Source: a virus
Taxonomy: Duplodnaviria > Caudoviricetes
Direction: 5' to 3' (one strand)
IMG/VR virus record: IMGVR_UViG_3300029183_000015
Span: 1-37,156 of that record
DNA: 37,156 nt
Of this stretch, positions 24,647 to 33,441 are shown piece after piece. Position 1 is the first letter of the stretch. Every line of letters starts with the position of its first letter. The notes beneath the pieces were generated by a model. The model saw only the letters and a list, made by a program, of their open reading frames with translations. It made no database searches and was not told where the DNA came from. A program made the position numbers and the translations under genes.

Positions 24647-25853
24647 CTGTCCAGTTGGAGTCCTTAAATCCTGCTTGATCGCCTAAGTTATCGAATTCTT
24701 CTTCTGTCTTTTCAGAGGAAGTAACCGGTGTATCGTCTTCGATTTCAGGCGTATCGTCTTCGATGATGTTTTCGGCTACGTCATCTTCGATTTCATCACT
24801 CTCTACAACCGGTTTTACAGCGTCAAATTCAGTACGCACGAGCTTTCCGGTCTCGTCGAATTTGACGATTGCTTTGGTCGGCTCGAACGACTCAACCACA
24901 CCTTGTCCTTTCGATGCGTGAACAACTCTCATGCCTACTTCAAGACCAAAATCTTCTGGTTTTGGAGCTGGTTTTTCTTCTTCTTTAGGCGTTTCTGGTT
25001 TTGGAGCTGGTTTGCTTTCAGTCTTCTGAGCAGCTGGTTTTTCTTTTTTGGCAGATGGTGCTTTACCGTTGTTAGATGGTTTGGCCGCTTCCGCTTCACC
25101 TTCTTCAAACATTTGTTTGACTTTTGTTTGTGGCAAAAACACAAGATGTTTGTAGAGGTCTTTGAGACCTGGGATTTTCTTGATGATTGCTGGTGGAATG
25201 TCAATCGATCTTTGTTCCAGCGCAACATTCTGGACTTGCATCACGGTTCCTTCGCCGTAGTTGTGCTTGCCAACAGAGGCAACCACGATGTGACCTCTTC
25301 CGGGCCGAATGTCGTAGAACTGGCGGTGAATGTCGTTTTTGGGTTTTTTCGATAGCAACTCTTCGAGTTTCTTGACTACTGAATAAAAGTATACATCTTC
25401 GTAATACTGCAATCCCGATTTCAAATCGTCAGCATTGAGCAAGTAAGCTGCACACCGGTCACGCGGTTTAATGGCATCTTTGAGAGGTTCGTTGCCTGCT
25501 TTCTTGGCAATTCTCACTTGACCACATGTGTAGCAGGTTTCTTTCATCTCTCGCGTGTGGTAAGGACACACGACACGAGTCTCATTAACACCAATGTTCG
25601 CGTGCATCACGTATTTGAGATACCACCACCATTTGTCCTTGTCTCCCGCTGGACAGTCGTGGCACAACTTGAACGGAATGAAAATGAGACGATACTCTTT
25701 TTCTTCCTTCATTCGGAATCGGGTAATTGATTTCGGAACACTCATTGTGTCCAGTGGAAAATCCCCACCCAATGACATGCTGTCATTGGAAACCGGTTGG
25801 ATTTCAAAGTCAAAACCCAATCCTTCTTCTTGTTTTTGTTGGTCAGTTGGCAT
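24630..25853 (-). CDS. Single-stranded DNA-binding protein (T4 gp32-like) with C-terminal SH3/Tudor-like domain and acidic tail
   Basis: H..IG....VVCP......CYTC Zn module, PRDR motif, Lys/Pro linker, VGMRVVHASKGQGVV domain, Asp/Glu-rich tail. Confidence 0.7.
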   Translation of the reverse strand: MPTDQQKQEEGLGFDFEIQPVSNDSMSLGGDFPLDTMSVPKSITRFRMKEEKEYRLIFIPFKLCHDCPAGDKDKWWWYLKYVMHANIGVNETRVVCPYHTREMKETCYTCGQVRIAKKAGNEPLKDAIKPRDRCAAYLLNADDLKSGLQYYEDVYFYSVVKKLEELLSKKPKNDIHRQFYDIRPGRGHIVVASVGKHNYGEGTVMQVQNVALEQRSIDIPPAIIKKIPGLKDLYKHLVFLPQTKVKQMFEEGEAEAAKPSNNGKAPSAKKEKPAAQKTESKPAPKPETPKEEEKPAPKPEDFGLEVGMRVVHASKGQGVVESFEPTKAIVKFDETGKLVRTEFDAVKPVVESDEIEDDVAENIIEDDTPEIEDDTPVTSSEKTEEEFDNLGDQAGFKDSNWTDAATP

Positions 25854-26052
25854 TCGCTTCGTTCCTTTCTTTCTCTTGTTGGAATTGGTCAAATAATGCT
25901 TCGGCGTGTTTTTGTAAATCACCTTTTGTGAAATCGAAATGCGCTTGCAAGTTGCCTCTAGTGGCCTGATAGAAACAAAGTTTCAGATAAAAAGGCAGGG
26001 TGAACGTTATCAGCAATCCTGTAAGAAGCGCAAACAATTCGGCATTAGTCAT
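25843..26052 (-). CDS. Small membrane protein
   Basis: MTNAELFALLTGLLITFTLPFYL...; overlaps both neighbours. Confidence 0.5.
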   Translation of the reverse strand: MTNAELFALLTGLLITFTLPFYLKLCFYQATRGNLQAHFDFTKGDLQKHAEALFDQFQQEKERNEANAN

Positions 26053-26560
26053 CGTCGTAAATCTCCTCTTCTTGGTCGTATGGGTTTTCGTCGAAGTATT
26101 CGTCAAGCTCGATGTTTGGGACTTGAGAGCTAAGCCGGTTGACTTCGTCGAATGTGACACCTTTAATGGGGTCGGCAAGCCACATGTTCGACCCCATTTT
26201 GATGTAATTTCTTACCGATTCCACTTTGGTTTCTAGTGTTTTTACCAGACCCCACAAGTACACTCTCAATCGTTCAGCATCGTGGTACTGTGTGTCTGCC
26301 TTAGTTACTTCTGGATGAACATTGACCAAATCCTCTACCGATTTATCGGTCACTTTGACCCCACCGGTTTTGTTTGGGTTTCTTCGGTAGAATAAAGCTA
26401 CCTCAGATTTCTTTCGTTTCAGTGCAGATTTCAGCGTGTCTGCTTTGTGTTTGGCTTGCGCGAATTCGTATCCCGCTCTTTCTACTAAAACAGAAAGACT
26501 CGCAACTTCTACGTCAAGTTTTTTCGGGTCGAATTTCGCTATTGCCTGTCCGTTGAGCAT
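26045..26560 (-). CDS. UvsY-like recombination mediator
   Basis: Helical pattern AKHKADTLK...KVTDKSVEDLVNVHPEV...; lies upstream of the SSB and RecA-like genes. Confidence 0.6.
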   Translation of the reverse strand: MLNGQAIAKFDPKKLDVEVASLSVLVERAGYEFAQAKHKADTLKSALKRKKSEVALFYRRNPNKTGGVKVTDKSVEDLVNVHPEVTKADTQYHDAERLRVYLWGLVKTLETKVESVRNYIKMGSNMWLADPIKGVTFDEVNRLSSQVPNIELDEYFDENPYDQEEEIYDDD

Positions 26561-26927
26561 CTTGATTACCTCTTAACGTTTCCACGTGGTGTACAAAGTT
26601 TTTGAGTCCCGCTACAGCATCGACAACCTCTGGCAAATCAAAGTCTTTTTCCAGTGTTATCTCTTCTGGCGAAAGACCATCTTTGAGCTGTTGTACTGTG
26701 TGACGAAGCTGTTTGCGGTTCATCAGCGAGACTTTGATATTCATAATCACATACTCGCCAATTGCGTTTAATTGTTCTCTGAGGGAATCGATCTCTTCTA
26801 CATTTCGCAAAACAGCCTTGTCAGTATCTAACTGGTTTTCCACTGATTTCTCTAGATGTTTTGTTAATGTGTTTACTTTATTTTGCAGTTCTTCTGACAT
26901 TTTCCCATCTATCCTTTCTCGTGACAA
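26514..26927 (-). CDS. Coiled-coil hypothetical protein
   Basis: Heptad-like sequence; operon context. Confidence 0.55.
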   Translation of the reverse strand: MSRERIDGKMSEELQNKVNTLTKHLEKSVENQLDTDKAVLRNVEEIDSLREQLNAIGEYVIMNIKVSLMNRKQLRHTVQQLKDGLSPEEITLEKDFDLPEVVDAVAGLKNFVHHVETLRGNQDAQRTGNSEIRPEKT

Positions 26928-27853
26928 GCACGGTAGGTGGCCGCGTGAAAACCTGCTTTACCGGACTCAAAAAAGTTGTATTTGAAGCATTCAATTACCT
27001 TGAATGCCTTTTGGGATTTGTTAGTTTTCCATTCCTTTTTGGGCAAGATCACTTTCGCTGCGTAATTGAGAATCAACTGCCTTGCGCTTTCGATGGGAGT
27101 GTTGAAATTACCCAAGATGTCAGCTGCGGTTTGCCAATCGCTATTGAATATCGCTTTGACCAATTCATACGCGTTTTTCTCATCCTCTGGTACTTCGTCC
27201 ACAGATGCCAGTTGTTCTTGTTCGTTATCAAAGCAAAGAGCATTTGAGAGCAAGACCAGTGCTTTACGTGCGCTTCCTTCGCATTTGCTGGCAATCTTCT
27301 TTGCGACATTCTCATTGGTTTTGTTTTGCGCGTTCTCGGCAACTACCACTTTGACGAGTAACTTGTAAATGTCATTCTCACTAATACTATCTACACCGAT
27401 TTTCGTTGCTCTGGTGTGTAAAGTCGAAATAATGTCTTTTGGCTGAGTCGTACACATAAAGATATGAGAGACCTTGCTTGCGTCCTCACACGGAGTCAAC
27501 AGCACGTTTTGCGCTTGTTTGGTTAAGATGTGCGCTTCGTCGATTAGGAACACTCTCACCTTCGAGACGAGCGGGTGCGAGCGTACCTTGTTGGAGATGG
27601 ATTTTGCCACTGGTACTGTGTTGTCTTTCGCAGCATCGATGGAAATCAAATCTGTTCCTTTAGCGCCTACTTCACGTGCTGCAATCCTAGCCAGTGTGGT
27701 CTTACCACAACCAGAAGGGCCCTGGAAGATAAGCAATCTGGGTAGGGTGTGGTTCTCGATGTGGCCAGACAGCAATTTGACTGCTTTTGCTTGTCCTACA
27801 ACATCAGTGAACGTTTTGGGCCTGTACTTGTTTGGAAAGTCTTCAAATTCCAC
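26909..27853 (-). CDS. Clamp loader ATPase (DnaX gamma/tau-like)
   Basis: KYRPKTFTDVVGQ, GPSGCGKTTLARI, IDEAHILTKQAQNVLL, GSARKAL. Confidence 0.9.
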   Translation of the reverse strand: MEFEDFPNKYRPKTFTDVVGQAKAVKLLSGHIENHTLPRLLIFQGPSGCGKTTLARIAAREVGAKGTDLISIDAAKDNTVPVAKSISNKVRSHPLVSKVRVFLIDEAHILTKQAQNVLLTPCEDASKVSHIFMCTTQPKDIISTLHTRATKIGVDSISENDIYKLLVKVVVAENAQNKTNENVAKKIASKCEGSARKALVLLSNALCFDNEQEQLASVDEVPEDEKNAYELVKAIFNSDWQTAADILGNFNTPIESARQLILNYAAKVILPKKEWKTNKSQKAFKVIECFKYNFFESGKAGFHAATYRACHEKG

Positions 27854-29958
27854 TATAAGAGTCTCCTCATTCCTTCGCGTTTATCTTCGTTTGGTTTGGA
27901 TTTGATTTGTTTTCCGCGCAATCTGCCTTTGATCACGCGATGGTACTTCTCTTCTTTCTCAATTAAGACACACTCTCTTTGAAGTCTTTTGCAGACAACA
28001 CCGGTCGTGCCACTGCCTGCAAACGGATCAAGTACCTTATCCTTCTTCTTGGTGAACAACTTCACGAAGAATTCAGGTAGTTTGTCTGGATATACTGCGG
28101 GGTGGCCTTCGTCTCTTCCTACAAGCGGAACTGTGACCACATTGGAAGGCAGGGCGTCTTTCAAACCGTAAAGCGCCGCATCGTTAAACGACATTCCTGA
28201 ACCGGTCTTGCGGTTTTCTCTCACATCGGGCGCTTTCTGACGATAACGTTTGTCGGTTTCTGAGTGATGTGAAAGCGGTACTCTCACAGCATCTTTGAAA
28301 ATCCTAATGTCAGTCGATTTGGCTAGGTGAAAACAGTATTCCCAACCATCCTTGAAGCAATTTCCCCACTGTCCCGGAACCGGGTTAGGTTTGTGCCAGA
28401 TAAAGTCATCTATACACTTCCATCCAAGCTCTGAGAGTTTGAGGATCGTTTTCCACACGTACCGGTCGCGAACACCATCGATTACTTTGTCTTTGATGTT
28501 GAAGATGAAACTTCCATCGTCCGCCAAGACTCGCCAAAATCCATCTGAGAACGTAGCGAACCAATCGGGGTATTCACTTGGTGGCACGCCACCGTACTGA
28601 TCTTTCCTGGCGTCCGCGTAAGGCGGAGAAGTCATAATCAAATTGAAATGGCCATCGGGAAATTCTTTGAGGACTTCCCGTGAGTCGCCAATTCTCACAT
28701 CAATTAGTAGAGGATTTTCTCGCGGTGTACTTGTTGTGCTTTTTGTACTCTGTTCTTTTTTATTCTGTTTCTTCATTTCTTTGAATTTCTGGTACGCTTC
28801 TGATTTTGGTTGTGTTTGACCCAGCCCTTTACACCAGTAATCGTTTCTTAACAGCACTTTACACATTCTTCTCCAAGACGGCGCCCAACACTTACTTTCT
28901 AGTTCTGGAGGTGATTCTTCGGGTATTGTTTGATACCCTCTTTTTCTCCACCCATAGATGAATTTCTGGAATCTGTATACGTAGTGGTCTCTTGTTTTTT
29001 TTGGCATTGTTTGCAGAAGCAAGTTGCAAAAACTTCGCCATGTATGGTGTTCAGGTTTTTGTATTTTGTTGTATCCTGTCACGTTTCCGTTTTCTCTCAC
29101 GTACAGGGCGCCTGAATTTGCACCGTTTACTCGGTTTACCAACTTGAACCATGTTTCGGGTTCAAGAATGTGATAAAGCCACAATCCTCTTCTTTGGTCG
29201 TCTCCAAATGGCTGGCATAATCGTTGCTGGCTTAGTTTCACTCCAGCCATTTGCATCTTGTCGTATATTTTGTTGTGTGGTTTGTCCGGGTGCTTGGCAT
29301 GATACTTCCATATATCTTCCGTTCTCCAATCGTAAATAGGGTAGACATTGTAGCACTCGTCTACGATTTTGGTTGTCCATCTGTGCCCTTGAAACAGCAA
29401 GTCTTTTTTCTGCCACGTGGCGATAGTACAGTACCTATGCAAACTTTCGTCTGCTCTAATGCCAATAAACCCTGCGGTACGCTTTTCTTGTCCGTACCAC
29501 TGAGCAAAAAGTGTTATGAACTCTTCAAATTCCATTTTGTCGAGCATGAATGGGTAATCTTCCGAAGTTTTGTAATCAAATTCTTCTGGTTTTTTTCTAA
29601 TCCAAATATCTTTCTTATCCTCGTCCCAACACACCCATTGGGGTTCAAAGTTGGTTAGTGCATTTCTGAGTAGCATTGGAGCGCAAATCCAATGCGGCTC
29701 GATGTGTTCTTTGTACAGACCAAACATTTCCTTAACGTGATCTATTGTGTTCTTGTACTGCGCCTCAAAATCAATGTACATGACAGCAACTTTGGTTCCT
29801 CTTGCGATTGCCTCTTCCATTACAAGGTGAAGCATTACGCTACTGTCTTTTCCTCCCGAAAAGGCACAGTACACTCTCTCAAAATTGTCGAAAACTATTT
29901 TAATTCGTTCTCTAGCAGCATCTAAAACGTTTTTGTTTCGGTAGCGTTTGATAGCCAT
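27853..29958 (-). CDS. Fusion: IbrA/YbdN-like PAPS-reductase-fold (DUF3440) protein + beta-class amino (probably N4-C) DNA methyltransferase
   Basis: N-part: FSGGKDS PP-loop, IDFEAQY, GIRADESLHR, YPIYDW, QRLCQPFG, PSWRRMCKVLLRNDYWCKGL; C-part: TSPPY, HPAVYP, VLDPFAGSGTT; single uninterrupted frame. Confidence 0.9.
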   Translation of the reverse strand: MAIKRYRNKNVLDAARERIKIVFDNFERVYCAFSGGKDSSVMLHLVMEEAIARGTKVAVMYIDFEAQYKNTIDHVKEMFGLYKEHIEPHWICAPMLLRNALTNFEPQWVCWDEDKKDIWIRKKPEEFDYKTSEDYPFMLDKMEFEEFITLFAQWYGQEKRTAGFIGIRADESLHRYCTIATWQKKDLLFQGHRWTTKIVDECYNVYPIYDWRTEDIWKYHAKHPDKPHNKIYDKMQMAGVKLSQQRLCQPFGDDQRRGLWLYHILEPETWFKLVNRVNGANSGALYVRENGNVTGYNKIQKPEHHTWRSFCNLLLQTMPKKTRDHYVYRFQKFIYGWRKRGYQTIPEESPPELESKCWAPSWRRMCKVLLRNDYWCKGLGQTQPKSEAYQKFKEMKKQNKKEQSTKSTTSTPRENPLLIDVRIGDSREVLKEFPDGHFNLIMTSPPYADARKDQYGGVPPSEYPDWFATFSDGFWRVLADDGSFIFNIKDKVIDGVRDRYVWKTILKLSELGWKCIDDFIWHKPNPVPGQWGNCFKDGWEYCFHLAKSTDIRIFKDAVRVPLSHHSETDKRYRQKAPDVRENRKTGSGMSFNDAALYGLKDALPSNVVTVPLVGRDEGHPAVYPDKLPEFFVKLFTKKKDKVLDPFAGSGTTGVVCKRLQRECVLIEKEEKYHRVIKGRLRGKQIKSKPNEDKREGMRRLL

Positions 29959-29967
29959 TTTTCGTTC

Positions 29968-31110
29968 CTAGTAGATATCTGATTGACGTCCTGTTAACGC
30001 TTCCTCCATAGTCAGTTTTTCTCTGTTGTTTTCTGAAAGCCATTTGTTTAGGTACTTGAGCGCTATTTTGTTGGCTTTGTCTTTTTCTGCTTCTGATAAC
30101 AGATCGAAACCACCTCTGAATGTAGAGGGTATTCCTGTGGCATAGCACACACCAGCTTGACCCAACCAAGCAATACGGTTCATGGCTGAGTTGCTGAGGT
30201 AATGCTCACAGGAATTTTTCCACTCGGAAATTACATTCTTTAGAGATGATTCAAATTTCTGAGAATCACAAATGAATTCTTTGAACTCTTTCTCACACTC
30301 AGATTTTTTCTTTCCATTCATCGTTGTGTTGTAAAATCCCGCTTTGTAACATTCCCATTTTTCGTAGGTGTGAAATACTCTGTCTTCATCATTTGTGTTC
30401 ACAGCGCGAAAGTCATCAACCACGCTACCATAAGAATCTACATCGTCGGTAAGTTCTTCAAAATCTGACTCGTTCAGTTCTCCCTCCACGTCCCAAGATT
30501 TAGAGAACTCGACATCCGAAAACAACTCATGCAGTCCTGTTATCTGACACAACCTCAAAATCTCGTCTTCATCCATGCCAAGCTCTTTGGAAATTCTGGA
30601 ATTTGTCCAATTTCTGTTTTTCAGCTCTACTACTATTTCAGACATCAAATCGACTTGATGTTTCCCTCTGGCTCGATTGTGTCTTATCGTCGACGATATT
30701 CTGTCGCCCTTTCCTGATTGACTATTCTTTATGAAAACCACGGGCAGATATCCGTTCACTCTGTGGTTGACAGATTTAGATTCCTTACAAACACGCGTCC
30801 TGTGAAATCCGTCTACTACCTCGATTCCTTCGTCACTACTCCATGTTACTACAGGTTGTGTGTAACCGTCTTGATCTATAGAGTGTTCCAGAAGCTTCAT
30901 CTCTGGTGGAGCAACACTGTTAGGGTTGTAGTCGTTAGCTTTAACCTCTTCACACTTAACCCATTGAATTAGATCAATGGGCTCTTCCTTGAAAGGTGAC
31001 AAGTCGTGTATCTTGGCGCGTAAAGTATTTAGGATTTTGACTTTTCCTTCCATATCTTCCTTGTCCATAGTATCTTGGATATCGCTTATCAAATTGTCGA
31101 TTTTGGTCAT
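29968..31110 (-). CDS. IbrB/YbdM-like ParB/Srx-domain protein with additional C-terminal domain
   Basis: ANDYNPNSVAPPEMKLL, DGYTQPVV, VVDGFHR, STIRHNRARGKH, HTH; start 31110 (ATGA overlap). Confidence 0.9.
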   Translation of the reverse strand: MTKIDNLISDIQDTMDKEDMEGKVKILNTLRAKIHDLSPFKEEPIDLIQWVKCEEVKANDYNPNSVAPPEMKLLEHSIDQDGYTQPVVTWSSDEGIEVVDGFHRTRVCKESKSVNHRVNGYLPVVFIKNSQSGKGDRISSTIRHNRARGKHQVDLMSEIVVELKNRNWTNSRISKELGMDEDEILRLCQITGLHELFSDVEFSKSWDVEGELNESDFEELTDDVDSYGSVVDDFRAVNTNDEDRVFHTYEKWECYKAGFYNTTMNGKKKSECEKEFKEFICDSQKFESSLKNVISEWKNSCEHYLSNSAMNRIAWLGQAGVCYATGIPSTFRGGFDLLSEAEKDKANKIALKYLNKWLSENNREKLTMEEALTGRQSDIY

Positions 31111-31664
31111 TTCAGAGCCTCTGTTAATTCGATGTACATTTCTTGGAAACACAAGGTAGTGTCGATTACAGGCAAGATATCAAGTGGGTCTGGTTCATTC
31201 TCGTTGTTAGCAAAAGGTAAATCGGGGTGCATCAAGAACTTTCTTTCGGTTGCCCTTATGACCATATCGGCATGGTGCAAACGATCATCCATTAGCTGCG
31301 CTGGTGGGAATTTGTACTTTTTAGCGATTTCCAAATCGAGCTTCTTTTCCAGTGTATGGAGAATCGGCACGATTTGTTTCATGTGACCTGCCACATCACC
31401 GAAACCGGTAAACGCTTCGTGTGCGTCGTGCAAATATGCTGCGAGTTTTAACTCTTCCGGGACAATAGCAGCGACACAAACGCTATGCTGAAGAACTGAC
31501 CAAAAAGGAGCGCCTTGTTTGAGGCATCCTGCCCATCTTGGAGTACGTGATAAGATGAGGCAGATATTGTCTGTTGTTATTAGATTCGGGTCTGGGTCTG
31601 TTGGGTAGAACAAATCACCAGAGGGCAAGCCGATACACGGTTTCACAAGATTCTCATTCACCAT
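31107..31664 (-). CDS. HD-domain phosphohydrolase (YfbR-like 5'-deoxynucleotidase)
   Basis: R-W-G, SVLQHS, LHDAHEAF..GDV, ADM...TE. Confidence 0.8.
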   Translation of the reverse strand: MVNENLVKPCIGLPSGDLFYPTDPDPNLITTDNICLILSRTPRWAGCLKQGAPFWSVLQHSVCVAAIVPEELKLAAYLHDAHEAFTGFGDVAGHMKQIVPILHTLEKKLDLEIAKKYKFPPAQLMDDRLHHADMVIRATERKFLMHPDLPFANNENEPDPLDILPVIDTTLCFQEMYIELTEALK

Positions 31665-31676
31665 TTGATTTTCTCC

Positions 31677-33083
31677 TTACGCTGCTAGTTGGATTTCTTC
31701 ACAGTCTGCCCACGATACAGTTGACCCCTCTGCTTCAATTGAGATTGGTACGTTGATCCAATCCCACTCAGTAGGCAATCGACGAGTCATTGTGTCGTGG
31801 CAAATTGCAAGGTACTCTTCTTCCTCTTCTACCGGCACGTCGGCCAACATCGAATCGTGAATTTGTCCGATGATTAGCGTTTTCATACCGCGTCTTTTGA
31901 TTTCCTGCATTACCCAAATTAGTGATTGCAACAGTCCGTGGAACGCGCTACCCTGTACCGGGTAATTGATAACGTCGTTTCGCTGCAAGAATCCCTTATA
32001 CCTGAATCCAGTAAGCGAACGGAACTCACCATCTCTCAAGTAGGCATCGTGCCAGTCTCTTTTCCACTGCGCGTAAATCTTAAACCGTTGATTCCAAAAA
32101 ACGTCTTCAACGTCTTTCATGTGCGCGATGAATGTTCCCGGCACAATTGGGTCTTGCGGGTTGGTTGAACCTAGCTCGGTGATGCCGTGATTCTTGAGGT
32201 TCTCGTAAAGACACACACCGTTTTTGTCTACCAGTCCTGCTGCGCCTATGTTGTCCCACAAATCAGGAGCGGTCTGCTTGAAGTACGAACCGTAAAACAT
32301 CGGGAACACAGCTCGGTTTTTCGCGCTATGGCGAATCATGCCTTTGCGGTGTACTTTGTCGTAGATTACGTCCTCTTTGGTTAGCATATACGCATCACAC
32401 GCAACATCCCTGTGCATGTCGTTCTCTTTGGGATTTTTGAGATATCTTATCATTACCGGGTCACGATGATAACAACACGCAATCGAGACTTCAGCGCCTG
32501 AAAAGTCAACTTCGATTAGCTTTCGTCCTTCTCTGGGAATGAAAGACCGCCTAATCAAATACATAATCAGCTTGTTGCGTTTGGGTTGGTTTTGAAAGTT
32601 AATTTGAGAGGAGCTTGACCGGTACGTGATCACCATATTGAGGTTGAACGACGGATGAAGATATCCTTGGCATATCTCTTTTTTAATCCCTTTCAAGAAT
32701 ACGCTCATTGCGGTTTGGTACGTCTTCATCTCCGCAAATTTATCAGTGAAGGGATGCCGTACCTGTCTCAGAGTCTCTGCGCTGGTCGAATACCTGCCGT
32801 CTTTAGTTTTGTCCCAATAATAGGGCAGGCCCATCTTGTCAAACAGAACATCTCCCATTTGCTGACCTGATGAGAGCTTAGCGCCTTTTCCGTAGGTTTT
32901 CTGCCACAACTCCCACACATCGGTCTCTTTCAATTCATTCTCTAAACCTTTGATCTTTTCGTTCGTGTCGTCAATTGCACTGTCCAGATATTCAGTATCA
33001 ATCCGAATACCGTTCATCTCCATCTCGGCAAAGGCAAGAGTCCCTTCCTGAAACAACTTGTACGCGTCAATCATGTTTGCCAT
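31677..33083 (-). CDS. DNA polymerase family A, polymerase domain only
   Basis: MEMNGIRID, motif A VDFSGAE, motif B RHSAKNRAVFPMFYG, INYPVQGSA, motif C QIHDS. Confidence 0.92.
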   Translation of the reverse strand: MANMIDAYKLFQEGTLAFAEMEMNGIRIDTEYLDSAIDDTNEKIKGLENELKETDVWELWQKTYGKGAKLSSGQQMGDVLFDKMGLPYYWDKTKDGRYSTSAETLRQVRHPFTDKFAEMKTYQTAMSVFLKGIKKEICQGYLHPSFNLNMVITYRSSSSQINFQNQPKRNKLIMYLIRRSFIPREGRKLIEVDFSGAEVSIACCYHRDPVMIRYLKNPKENDMHRDVACDAYMLTKEDVIYDKVHRKGMIRHSAKNRAVFPMFYGSYFKQTAPDLWDNIGAAGLVDKNGVCLYENLKNHGITELGSTNPQDPIVPGTFIAHMKDVEDVFWNQRFKIYAQWKRDWHDAYLRDGEFRSLTGFRYKGFLQRNDVINYPVQGSAFHGLLQSLIWVMQEIKRRGMKTLIIGQIHDSMLADVPVEEEEEYLAICHDTMTRRLPTEWDWINVPISIEAEGSTVSWADCEEIQLAA

Positions 33084-33441
33084 GTTCTATTTCCATCTCT
33101 TTTATTTGCGCTTGAAGGTGATTGATTTCATCTTTGAGTTTTTCCGATACAGCAGCGCCGCGCTTTTGATACATGATCTTCGTTTCGGTGTGCATGTCTT
33201 GCATGTGTGGCAAGATGACAGCGAACACTTCCTTGCGGACGTCTTCAGGATCGCGCTTCAGTTCGACCTTCTTTTTAACGAATCTGAATTTGCGCCATGA
33301 CCAGACTTTCTCGAAACCTTCGATTTCAGGCGGTGGCCTGTTCCACACTTCCATTAGTTCGTCGAGCATATTCAGGATACGGGATTTCGTGTCGATCTCA
33401 GGAAGCTGAATCTCTTGTGTTTCTTCGGACATCTTCCTCAA
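33067..33441 (-). CDS. Hypothetical protein between the two polymerase genes
   Basis: ~120 aa, overlaps both neighbours; AAGGAG upstream. Confidence 0.6.
   Translation of the reverse strand: MRKMSEETQEIQLPEIDTKSRILNMLDELMEVWNRPPPEIEGFEKVWSWRKFRFVKKKVELKRDPEDVRKEVFAVILPHMQDMHTETKIMYQKRGAAVSEKLKDEINHLQAQIKEMEIEHGKHD

Noticed and set aside
27853-31110. Canonical Dnd/Ssp phosphorothioation operon or a restriction-modification system
   Set aside because: No DndA/D/E, SspB/C or cognate restriction endonuclease recognised in the window
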